Shown in pieces: positions 49,621 through 60,076 of a stretch of DNA of 63,987 nt. The stretch's first letter is position 1; each line of letters opens with the position of its first letter. Under the pieces are notes generated by a model, which was not told where the DNA came from, did no database searches, and saw nothing but the letters and a program-made list of their open reading frames with translations. A program made the translations under genes and the position numbers. Source of the stretch: Octopus bimaculoides (lineage: Eukaryota); contig NC_068984.1 of NCBI RefSeq assembly GCF_001194135.2, positions 138,189,417-138,253,403 of the forward strand, read 5' to 3'.

Positions 49621-51834
49621 AGTTGACAAAGAGAAATGGAACACTTAACAGCACGTATTTTCTTTTTCTCTTCCTCCCACCAGACAATTCTAGAGAGGAG
49701 AGTTGATTATTTAAAATAATCATCAAATGACACACAATATTTATTGCAAACTGCCATATTGTTAAAAGATAATATCAGTGAGCAGCCATTAGCCACCATG
49801 ATTGACAAAATGGAAACCAGATGAATTGTGTTTTCAACTTTCCATTTCATAAAAAAAATTACAATACTTTGACAATAATTATGTTTTTGGCTGATTTACT
49901 GTTCATTAAAAGTACCTCATAATATTTGTAATTCAATTCTGCAAATCACACCGACTCATGTTTGTTATTTATCTACTGACGCAGTGTACTAAAGGAGACA
50001 TGAATTTGATATGATTCTATAAACAACTATATTTTCCAGAAAGAAAAGAAAAACAAGTTACATATGGTGCTGTTTAGTCCCATTTTTACTCTAATAAAAT
50101 CTTGAAATTTTTGGGAGACTCTAATGGTAATTTGCCATTAGGTTGTGAGCTATAGAGTATCATTTCTCATTGTCTAAGAGTGAATAAATGAAAGAAAAGT
50201 ACCTGAGGCTGTGGGTTAAAGCAGGTGCGGAAAGATATTGCAAAGCAAACGGGTAGTGTGGTGGGGATCAGGTGATCAGTATAGAAAGAACCAAATGTGG
50301 TATCCTTCTCTGCAATCACGAAAATAGTTGGCGTTAAGGTGACAAGTCAAAGTCGGGAGAGTAAAGAAGATAAACAGGTACAATACATTCAACGACATCA
50401 GACATATATTTACGATGACAGATTAAGGAGAAGGTGGAAAATATGTTACGGTATAAGGGTATAGCTGGTTGGAGGGACAACAGATGTAACCGCAATATTG
50501 AATTCATACACAATAACATACATATACACAAGTTTGTATATAAAAGTTTGATCTATTTTTGTCAAGTTACGCAAATAAACAAGATAACCATTTAGTGTAC
50601 TCGGGAAGGATTCGTTTCTATACTATATAAATATTTTGCAGCTACACTTCGCGCCCAAAAAGAAACTTCGATAATATGATGTAAAATGTTTGGAGAGAAA
50701 GTAATTCTAATCTTTAAAATTGAAAATATATAAATATCTTTTGATGTGATGCATAATCACGCAGTTCTTCAACGTGGTAAACTTTGTTCGGAATGATATG
50801 ATTTCCATAGCGACAAGAACTTTCCTCTAAAGCGTGTTTATTATTTGTCAACGATAAGGCATTGACTGGTAAATGGGCATCGTACCATGTATCTTTAGTA
50901 ACGCTGAAGATAAGAAAGATATCGATTCTGTTGCCCTGAATGTAGACGGTAGGTTACTTCGACATCAATCGTTGGCATCAAAACAAATTTGGTTGAAGAG
51001 ATAAAAGCCACTGATATAAACTAAACATGTTTTACCAGAGAAATGCAATCAAATGTTATCTATTAATGAAAACAAAAGCTAAACAAAAAAAAAATCAGCT
51101 TTAAATGTCAGTGGTGAAAACAAAATTATTAATTTGGAGTATTTGTTGACAGAGGTGGGAATAATGCCTACGTGGAAACAGAGGTAGCATTAGTGTTTAT
51201 TTCAGAGAGATTAGTGTTATTTTGCAATTTAGTGACTGGTAATTAATTCCGAACGTTAATCTTCGACCAATTAAAGTAATTTAGCATGGTAAGAATGTAG
51301 TAAACCAACATTTTTGTTGTATTAAATTAAACGGAACTTATATAAAAGAAATTGTATAAGGTAGATTAATGTTTATGCATTATTTTTGACAGGACATACA
51401 AATTCTTTAGGTTTTAATAACCTTTAGACTTTAAATAACCTTTACAAATCAGAACAATGAGTGCGAAATTATATTTATGCACTTTGTGCGATATGGCATC
51501 TCAGTTATAAACAAAAACAAAAATAATAATTTGAAAGAAAGTAGACTCAATAAATGAATGAATGAATGAATGAATAATAATAAATAAAGCAAACAAAGTT
51601 CATTTTTGAACTGGAAGGAGTTCATTTTGCTATCATTGAACATATTGAAATCATTAAACATCTGATGAGAAAAGAAATGCTTCCTTTCGTTTTGTGGCAT
51701 AGACGGTGAGTAGTGGGAACACTTGCAATTTCGATCATTATGATAGAGCATAAAATTTACATTTGCTTCTTGTTCTGTATTTGAGCTGTTTATGAATGAT
51801 TACATGTCATCATCATCATCAACCTCTGGACATT

Positions 51835-52080
51835 ACTGTCCCGAGGCCTAGGGCTCATAGGGCCAGTTGCCAGTATACGTGACCAAGATCACAACATTAC
51901 GCTCTCAACAAGACGCCAGTCCCTCGCAGGCTTATTCAGTTACAGTTGAGTGAATTGGGGTAACGTAAAATAAAGGGCTTTGCTCAAAAATACAAGGACG
52001 CGTCCCGTTCAGAAATCGAATCCACGACCTTGCGATCGTGAATACAACTCCCTAAGCACTGGGTTACCCACCTTCCCATG
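51835..52080 (-). mobile_element. SINE with CORE-like head H2 and tail T2
   Basis: cccagtgcttaggg...ggattcgatttc...tttttgagcaaagccc, then ctgcgagggactggcgtc...cctatgagccctagg. Confidence 0.65.
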
Positions 52081-52159
52081 ATTATACTAAGTCGCACATT
52101 CTTTACATCTACTAAATAAAATTTTGTATTATGGACACAACATATAACCTTTTCTATAA

Positions 52160-52295
52160 CAGACACAAGGCCCGAAATGTTTGGAAGAGGGCCAGTCGAT
52201 TAGATCGACCACAGTATGCAACTGCTACTTAATTTATTGATCCCGAAAGGATGAAAGGCAAAATCGACCTCGGCGGAATTTGAACTCAGAACGTA
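52160..52295 (-). mobile_element. Group B SINE
   Basis: gtcgattagatcgacc...cccgaaaggatgaaaggcaaaatcgacctcggcggaatttgaactcagaacg. Confidence 0.85.
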
Positions 52296-52719
52296 GAAAG
52301 CAAATCTTATCGATAAACTTGTTTTTCTTATTTTACATTTTATATTTTTTCTTTTCCCTTTTCATTCTTTGTTTTTTTAATTTTTATTTATTTTACGGGA
52401 TTGATTTTTTTGATTTTATTGTATTTATCTACTGTTTCTTTCTCCGAATCTGAATCAACCAATGATGATTGCTTCCGTACTGCCTGCCATTCTATTGTAA
52501 CCTGCCGAGTACATACATTGTCTGTGATATATAATGAGAGTGTTTGCTCCATGTGGTAGAACAGCTGTTTTAATCAACCATGAAGCGCTCGGAAGATTAA
52601 TGTTTGTTAAATTAAAGCACTTTCATAGAAATGGATAGGTGTGGATCTATATTCATTTGTATATTTTCTGTAGGTGTGCATGGTGATATAAGGTCAATTA
52701 CGATCATCTAAGAGTTGTA

Positions 52720-52757
<38 letters not shown>

Positions 52758-52984
52758 TGCATATTATNNNNNNNNNNNNNNNNNNNNNNNNNNNNNNNNN
52801 NNNNNNNNNNNNNNNNNNNNNNNNNNNNNNNNNNNNNNNNNNNNNNNNNNNNNNNNNNNNNNNNNNNNNNNNNNNNNNNNNNNNNNNNNNNNNNNNNNNN
52901 NNNNNNNNNNNNNNNNNNNNNNNNNNNNNNNNNNNNNNNNNNNNNNNNNNNNNNNTATATATATATATATATATATATATGTAC

Positions 52985-53026
<42 letters not shown>

Positions 53027-53262
53027 TTCCTAATGTCTGTCGGATTACAAACAATGCGTTTGTGTATAGATCACGAAAGTTCACACCAGCCTATGAACGT
53101 TCCACTGAGTATCGAAAGATACATACAACCGTTCCCTCCTTTTTCTATTCACGAACGTATTGTACAGGAGTATTGTCTCCAATCGTCGTAATGCTCAGCA
53201 CTGGCTGATAAATCTATAGATATATTCTAATGTACATTATAGCGATATATATATATATTATC

Positions 53263-53297
<35 letters not shown>

Positions 53298-53417
53298 CAT
53301 TGTACCATAGAGTGTCAGGAGGTATGAGAGTGGTTAATATATTTATTTAACCACTTGATATCTGTAGCGTTATAGACGTTTCGCAGCCTTCATCATGTAA
53401 TAATAATTTCAGTGTAA

Positions 53418-53555
53418 TTCCACCGAAGTCGACTCTGCCTTTCATCCTTTCGGGGTCGATAAAATAAGCACCAGTTGAGCCCCGAGGATGGGGGGTTCGA
53501 TGCAATCGACTTAAGCCTCGGACTTGCTGGCCTTGTGCCAAAATTTGAAGCCAAT
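53418..53555 (+). mobile_element. Group B SINE, 5' truncated
   Basis: ccgaagtcgactctgcctttcatcctttcggggtcgataaaataagcacc. Confidence 0.8.
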
Positions 53556-55020
53556 AATTTGAGTGTATAAAAATTCGTTTTACAGGTCTGCACTAATAGG
53601 CATGCTACTCATTGTACGTTTACAAATCATGTAGTAGGATAGTTGTGTCCACTCGAGGAGCTTTCTGTGATAGCCACAGAATTCTATGAATCGATATATT
53701 GCATTACAAATATATATCTACACGAACGGATTATGTCCTGTCTATAAGTGGAAGGACTTGCCAAATGTTCCGCTCAGTAGTACCGAACCTGAAAACATGT
53801 TACGAAGCACACTTCTTAACTTGACGATCATCCACGGAAGTGGTTATACGGCTGCGGCTGCCACGCAGTTTGTTTTTTCTTTTACTCAGGACAATTAAAG
53901 GATAACGTTTTATTGACAATGACAACCTGTGAACCAAATATATCATCCGCATCAAAATAAACAAGAATTAAACAGAAGTAATTTTAGTAACGGGAAAACT
54001 TTATTAATGATTTATGGACTAATTCTGTATTTGATGATAGTATTCAAAATATATATTATATACTAAAACGAAGCATTGAAGCAGAGTGGAATACTAAAAC
54101 CACGAGATTTTCATCAGGTCATCAATATCCATTGAGCAAAATAGTGTTAAAAAAACATAGCATGAGTCTAGTTTTATTTATAAACGTTATTAAAACAATT
54201 TTTTTTTCTTTGAGCTGATTCATAGCAAAAATTTGAGAACGCAAAATACTGTTTCTCCTATTTTGCTATCTTTCCTTATTTTTATAAACTTTATATTTTT
54301 TGTTTAGCACAAAGCCAACTCCCACGGAGCATATGTTTTAATATGATCCCTCGATAACGTCGAATATAAATCCGACAAGACCTGTTTTTTAAGACAACAA
54401 AGCTATAAAACGGTTGATAAACCTTTGTTTGAATGCAATGTATTATCTTCCAGGACGATATTACAAAAATAAGACTTCCTCAAATTTTAACTTACACCCA
54501 ACGAACTACTAACAATAAACTTGTTAAAAGAGTATAAAAACAATAGCTATTAAAACACGAGGGAATATCTACATCAAGCTGAGATTTGAAGGGTTCTGAA
54601 AATTGCCAAAAATAAATAAGATGCAACACTACACAATTTCTTTATAATTTCATAAAACGATTTATCGAACTAGCTACCTACACATGTTTCTTAAAATTTC
54701 TAAAGTATATCAATTTAAGAAATAGGTTAGCATTGAACATCCGTCTTTATCTTCAGCGATTTCATAGTTAAAAGAGGTTTTGCTGCATAAGCTTCCTTTT
54801 TAATTGCTTCAGAAGAAAATAAAAAGCGAGAGAAATAACGAAAGAACGATATCTGGAAATAAAGATGGGTGAGTGGGGGAGGAAAAAATAATTAAATAAA
54901 CAAGTTCTCGTGGAAATTAGTATGGTCAGTTAAACCCGTCTATGCCAGTTTCAGTTATCATTGGAAAAGTTTAGAAAAGAAGATAATTGCCTGTATTGTA
55001 GCTAAAACCTGCCAAATTAC

Positions 55021-55146
55021 AACGGAGTCGGAGTGAGTAGATAGTAGACGAAGATACATAGCATAAGGCTGCTGGTTATACCCGCCACCAATAAGATAAA
55101 TATCGCTATCGGCTTCATCGCAGTGAAAAGTCTGATTATAACGGTT
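55021..55146 (-). CDS. Candidate exon C (126 nt) encoding a transmembrane helix
   Basis: acttgttttaacAG|A ACC GTT...CCG TT|GTAATT, phase 2 to phase 2. Encodes TVIIRLFTAMKPIAIFILLVAGITSSLMLCIFVYYLLTPTP, with a 25-residue hydrophobic run. Confidence 0.55.
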
Positions 55147-56310
55147 CTGTTAAAACAAGTACCATTAACACTTAGATAAATAATGCTAACCAAACCTACC
55201 AAGAAGAACTTTTTTTAACAAGATTGATAGTCAGAGAGAACTTTTAACTGCTAAAATAGAAATAAATCCTCTAAAAAATAAAGATTGCTTTCTCAGTGTG
55301 TAACATAGCACGAAGAAACAAATTAAGTAATTCAAGATGAACCGCAAATTCAAAGAACAACGAGATTAATATCAACAAGATGATTGACCATCTCATCAAG
55401 ACCTAGAGATCAAAAGTCCATAATGTTGACCAAGAAAAATGATACATATATTTTAATGAGTTATTGCGGCAATACAAAATATTAGCTGAAGGAGTCGGGA
55501 GTTAAACCAAATAGAGAATTGTCTGGAACGTAGAGGTCTTAATCAAACATACGTATTATTAGCTGTTTTCTATTTTTTTTCTCTTTTTTGTTTTTCGAGT
55601 AACTTCTTTAAAGTACTGAAGTCAGTGTATTTAGGGGACTTGAGAAAACGCCAAGTTTCAATTGAATTCTGATTATTTTCTTTGCATTAAATTCGTTTTG
55701 AAAATATATTTTAAGAAATAAATACAAGACAAAAAAGAAATAGAAGAGAAAGAAAATCCAGTTCAATTCTGGTTTGGTTTCTTGAAATGTCACCTGCGAG
55801 TAATTCAGAACCCTAATGTAACTAAATTTCTTAGAAACACAAATTTCTTAGAAACACGGGTGCACCAAAACGTACAATAATATTAAAAAAAGAAAAAGCT
55901 AATGACACATTGATACGGTATTAGACCCAAAAACCTGAAGCAGGAAATGCAAAGCTCCGAAACACTAGTAAATACACCAAATAGGTTTTCAATTGCTGTC
56001 AACAGAATGTAGCAGCCATTTCGCTCACTCACAACGATTAGTGATTATATTGCTTGCCAAATGTTCAAAGAATTCCAACAAGTTTCTTTTGCAATATCTG
56101 TCAATCATTTGTATATTTGTAGTGACGTGAATACCAGTGATTTTTTGTGTCTATACACGCATGTATATATGTGTGTGTGTACGTGTGTTTCTTTTGCACT
56201 ACTATTCAATGAGTGTTTTATTTGTGTGTGCCTAGTCGAAAAAAATATGTTTGTATGTGTAAGTGTATACACACACTAACACACTCACACGTACATTCAT
56301 ACATACCCAT

Positions 56311-56349
<39 letters not shown>

Positions 56350-56354
56350 TATAT

Positions 56355-56645
56355 GTATATGCTGGACCCTCCCGTCGAAGTGTCGCTCAGTCTTTGCCGA
56401 ACGACTTGCACGAATGATTTGTTTATAGTGATCAAATGCATGTGCTGTACATTATTAGCTCACTTCTTCCATCAAATCGACGTTGCCTCAACAGGTGCAC
56501 GGTGTACCACGCGTCAGATGTCGAAGTCATCTCGGAGTAACGGGAAATGAAGTGTTTTGCTCAAGAATACAATACATCATCCTGTCTAGGAATTGGAACA
56601 ACGATCTCGCGAGCAACACCCTAACCATTAGGCCATGCGCCCTTA
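56355..56645 (-). mobile_element. SINE with CORE-like head H2 and a further distinct tail (T4)
   Basis: ggcgcatggcctaatggttagggtg...gtattcttgagcaaaacac, then a tail unlike T1-T3. Confidence 0.55.
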
Positions 56646-56829
56646 CACACATATATGGAATGCTGGTGGTACACAATACACCACTGTAATGTAATATTTG
56701 TTATTTGCTTAAGTCTAGAGGCGCTGAGGTGGCAGAATTGTTAGTAAGTCAGACAAAATGCTTAGCGCCATTTCTTATTTCTTTACTGCCCACCAGGGGC
56801 TACACACAGAAGGGACAGACAAGGACAGA

Positions 56830-57010
56830 CAAATGGATTAAGTCGATTATATCGACCCCAGTGCGTAACTGGTACTTATTTAATCGACCCTGAAAGCATG
56901 AAAGGCAAAGTCGACCTCGGCGGAATTTGAACTCAGAACGTTGCGGCAGACGAAATACCGCTGAGGATTTCGCCCGGCGTGCTAACGTTTCTGCCAGCTC
57001 GCCGCCTTTA
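56830..57010 (-). mobile_element. Group B SINE
   Basis: Near-consensus copy; 5' end aaggcggcgagctggcagaaacg. Confidence 0.9.
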
Positions 57011-57307
57011 AGTTAACAAGTCTCACGGTCAATTCTTCAAGGTAGTTCGATTTCCTCTAATACATACTTCTTCCACGGCCAACTCTATGTTGGTTGACCA
57101 CAAGTTGGACACCATCAAGAAAATTACTCAATGAATTTTGTTTACTCTGAGGTGCTTCAAGGTTGACAGATTTTCAATTACAGATTTTCAGTTCAAAATA
57201 CTATTATCGTTACAATTTGGATTTTTAAATGAAATATAGATATTTTGAAATACTTATGAGAAAAAAAATATTTCTTCATATTTATTGTTTACTAATCTCA
57301 ATAAGAA

Positions 57308-57345
57308 CAGCAGTAACCCTGGCAACGCCGGGTAATTCAGATAGT
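57308..57345 (+). mobile_element. Possible Helitron terminal remnant
   Basis: GC hairpin ccctggcaacgccggg followed 8 nt later by atagt, a degenerate CTAG-T end. Confidence 0.35.
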
Positions 57346-57536
57346 CATATATATACCAGTTGATAAGGCATCAGCCCATCTGGACAGTTCTTGTAGTACG
57401 TTAATAGCATTAAATCGAGAAAGATTAACTTCACATTGATATAGCCTTTTAGCAAGGTAATTGCCAAGATTATCAAGTGTTGGCCTTAATATTTCACGTT
57501 TTCTTTACTTAGTAGTAAGCACACGGCACACTCACG

Positions 57537-57567
<31 letters not shown>

Positions 57568-58020
57568 GCGCGCGCGCGCAAAGACATTCCTCATTAACGG
57601 TCTCACCGACATTTCTAGAGAGGATCTGATCAGATAACTTGATATAAGAAAGACTTTTCAGACACTTTAAATATCCTCCTTAGTATGTCAAGAACTTCAG
57701 TATAATGCGAGAAAAGAAAATGTTCATTTTTCCATATTAGAACGCGAGACCGCACACTCACACTAATAAACACACACATACACAAACACACGCATAAACA
57801 CACACAAACGCGACCGACGCACACACGCACACTCACGTCAACAACAGCACGCGCGTGCACACACACACACACACACACACACTAAATCTCTTCCCGCCTT
57901 CTTCGTCATATCAGTGACATCAGAGAAGTATTTTTCTGCTATAGAATGCAAAGACATTGCGTTCCAGAAATAAGTCAGATAGCGTGCTGTCAGGAATGAT
58001 CGCTCAATCTATGGACTCAC

Positions 58021-58046
58021 CTCATGTATAAGAGCTAGTCTGTCTG
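58021..58046 (-). CDS. Candidate micro-exon B (26 nt, TDRLALYM plus AG)
   Basis: gatttgtgtttcAG|ACAGACAGACTAGCTCTATACATGAG|GTGAGT. Strong acceptor and consensus donor; open in phase 0 after exon A and exits in phase 2. Confidence 0.5.
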
Positions 58047-58315
58047 TCTGAAACACAAATCTTACAAGAGCTGCAGCTGCTTTTACTAACAAGACAAGGA
58101 AAGAATTCACCAAACACATATTCTTGTGATATAAATTGAGATGGTCGATCGATTGTTAAAGCTGTGGCGACATTTTTAACAGGAGTCGAAAGATCAAAAG
58201 GGAAAAGAAAGAGGCGTTTACTGGCGGTCACAGATAAATTTTGATTTGGTTTTCTCTGCTTTCTTGTTAGAAACATTTCCCCCCGAAAAATAACTATTGT
58301 GCTTTTGTCACTCAC

Positions 58316-58351
58316 CTTATTCATTCCCTCACCAGTTCGTAACTTCACCGC
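58316..58351 (-). CDS. Candidate exon A (36 nt, AVKLRTGEGMNK) of an unrecognised membrane-protein gene
   Basis: Minus strand reads ttctaatcatactcAG|GCG...ATG AAT AAG|GTGAGT, a consensus donor at 58315-58310. In-frame ATGs lie at 58324 and further upstream at 58390, so this could instead be a first exon. Confidence 0.45.
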
Positions 58352-58614
58352 CTGAGTATGATTAGAAGCGTGTGGATAACAAGCAAGCATGAAACATGGA
58401 TGCTTGAAAAAGTAGGTTTTGTAGATAGAAAAGACTGAGGGTAAATGATATTGTTAGTTACTGTATGCTAGATAATAGAGTGAAAACGATTATTAACCCT
58501 TCGTTCATAAGCATCTATTCAATAATAAATTTCTAATCAGTTAACTGCGTATTCATGACTGTAAAACTATTAAAAGCATGTATTATTTTTTATCGCTTTT
58601 ATAAAGGCGGCGAG

Positions 58615-58982
58615 GAGGCGCAATGGCCCAGTGGTTAGGGCAGCAGACTCGCGGGCGTAGGATCGCAGTTTCGATTCCCAGACCGGGCATTGTGAGTGTT
58701 TATTGAGCGAAAGCACCTAAAGTTCCACGAGGTTCCGACAAGGGATGGTGGCGAACCCTGCTGTACTCTTTCTCTCACTCTTTCTTCCTATTTCTGTTGT
58801 ACCTGTATTTCAAAGGGCCAGCCTTGTCACGCTGAATCTCCCCGAGAACTACGTTAAGGGTACACGTGTCTGTGGAGTGCTCAGCCACTTGCACGTTAAT
58901 TTCACGAGCAGGCTGTTCCATTGATCGGATCAACTGGAACCCTCGTCGTCGTAACCGATGGAATGCCTACCAACCGACGGAG
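58615..58982 (+). mobile_element. Group A SINE (H1+T1) inserted in a group B head and flanked by a 149-bp direct repeat
   Basis: Flanks 58466-58614 and 58983-59131 differ at 6 positions. The SINE 3' terminus is itself doubled (aaccgatggaatgcc / aaccgacggagtg). Confidence 0.92.
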
Positions 58983-59120
58983 TGCTAGATAATAGAGTGA
59001 AAGCGATTATTAACCCTTCGTTCCTAAGCATCTATTAAATAATAAATTTCCAATCAGTTGACTGCGTATTCATGACTGTAAAACTATTAAAAGCATGTAT
59101 TAATTTTTATCGCTTTTATA

Positions 59121-59700
59121 AAGGCGGCGAGTCGACAGAATCGTTACCACGTCGGTTATAATGCGTAGGGGTATTTTTATGGACAAAAGTTCTGAGTTCA
59201 AATTACGCCTAGGTCGACTTTGCCTGGTCGTATGTCAAAACATTTCAAACTAACACTGAAGGCGGTGAGCTGGCAGAATCGATAGCACGCCGGACAAAAG
59301 TGCTTAGCGGCGTTTTGTCTGCCTTTACGTTCTGAGTTCAAATTCCGCCGAGGTCGACTTCGCCTTTCATTCTTTCGGAGTTGACAAAATAAGTACTACT
59401 TGAGTACTGTAATCGACTTGTCCTCACCCCAAAATGTCACGCCTTGTGCTTTTAGAAGAAGGGATTATTATTATTATTATTATTATTATCATTAAGGTGA
59501 CAAAGCTGTAAATTTGTTAGAATATCGGATAGAATACTTTGTAGCAATTAAATCCCCCTCTTTAAATTCTGACTTCAAATCACGCAGAGGTTTACTCTAT
59601 CTTTTATCCCTCCAGGCACGATAAAAAAAACTAATAGTCAAGTGCTAAGGTTGATTTATTCGACTACCTCTGTCCATTAAAAACCAGGGCTTATCCCTAA
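59121..59700 (+). mobile_element. Three tandem group B SINEs
   Basis: Heads at about 59121, 59259 and 59500. The middle copy is near-consensus with an (ATT)n tail. Confidence 0.8.
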
Positions 59701-59862
59701 ATCAGAAATAATTCTTAATCTTCCATAATCACAAGCCCTTAAATGTCGGGAAGAAGTGATTGAGGATCAAAAACTGTACTTGGTTACTAGTTATCTTGCA
59801 GACCCTTGATGGAGATGAGAAGTAAAGTCAATCTCGATGAAATTTTGAACACAGAAAGTTAT

Positions 59863-60076
59863 GGATTTTTGTCAACATAACATGGCAGTCCTGGTTTAGG
59901 ACGAATGTTGCTGTAATTTAACTCCAGGAGATATCGTCTCCAGCTGGATTCCCTTGTACGAAAATATAAGGACACAGATCGTGTCGTATAGCCAGCTGGA
60001 GACGATGTCTCCTGGTGCTAAATTACAGCAACATTCGTCCTAAACCAGGACTGCCATGTTATGTTGGCAAAAATCT
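59863..60076. mobile_element. Foldback MITE with 84-bp arms
   Basis: 59864-59947 pairs with 59992-60075. The 44-bp spacer has its own gacac/gtgtc hairpin. Flanks ttat and ttac resemble a decayed TTAA. Confidence 0.85.

Noticed and set aside
50203-50309. Candidate 107-nt minus-strand exon (KDTTFGSFYTDHLIP...)
   Set aside because: It has AG/GT borders, but its open frame is phase 1 to 0, incompatible with the phase-2 chain. After exon C it gives LEGYHIWFFLY*. It could only be an alternative terminal or poison exon, and nothing else supports that.
53371-53399. Hammerhead-like ATGATGAAGGCTGC-GAAACGTC on the minus strand
   Set aside because: The conserved C3 is mutated and stem II is deleted. 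At most it is a dead Penelope-like remnant.
57540-57580. (CA)n(CG)n tract with Z-DNA potential
   Set aside because: Such tracts are common in this window, and nothing indicates a function.
58022-58390. 122-aa single-exon ORF
   Set aside because: It reads through a GTGAGT donor and a strong acceptor, so it is better explained as two small exons and a 269-nt intron.
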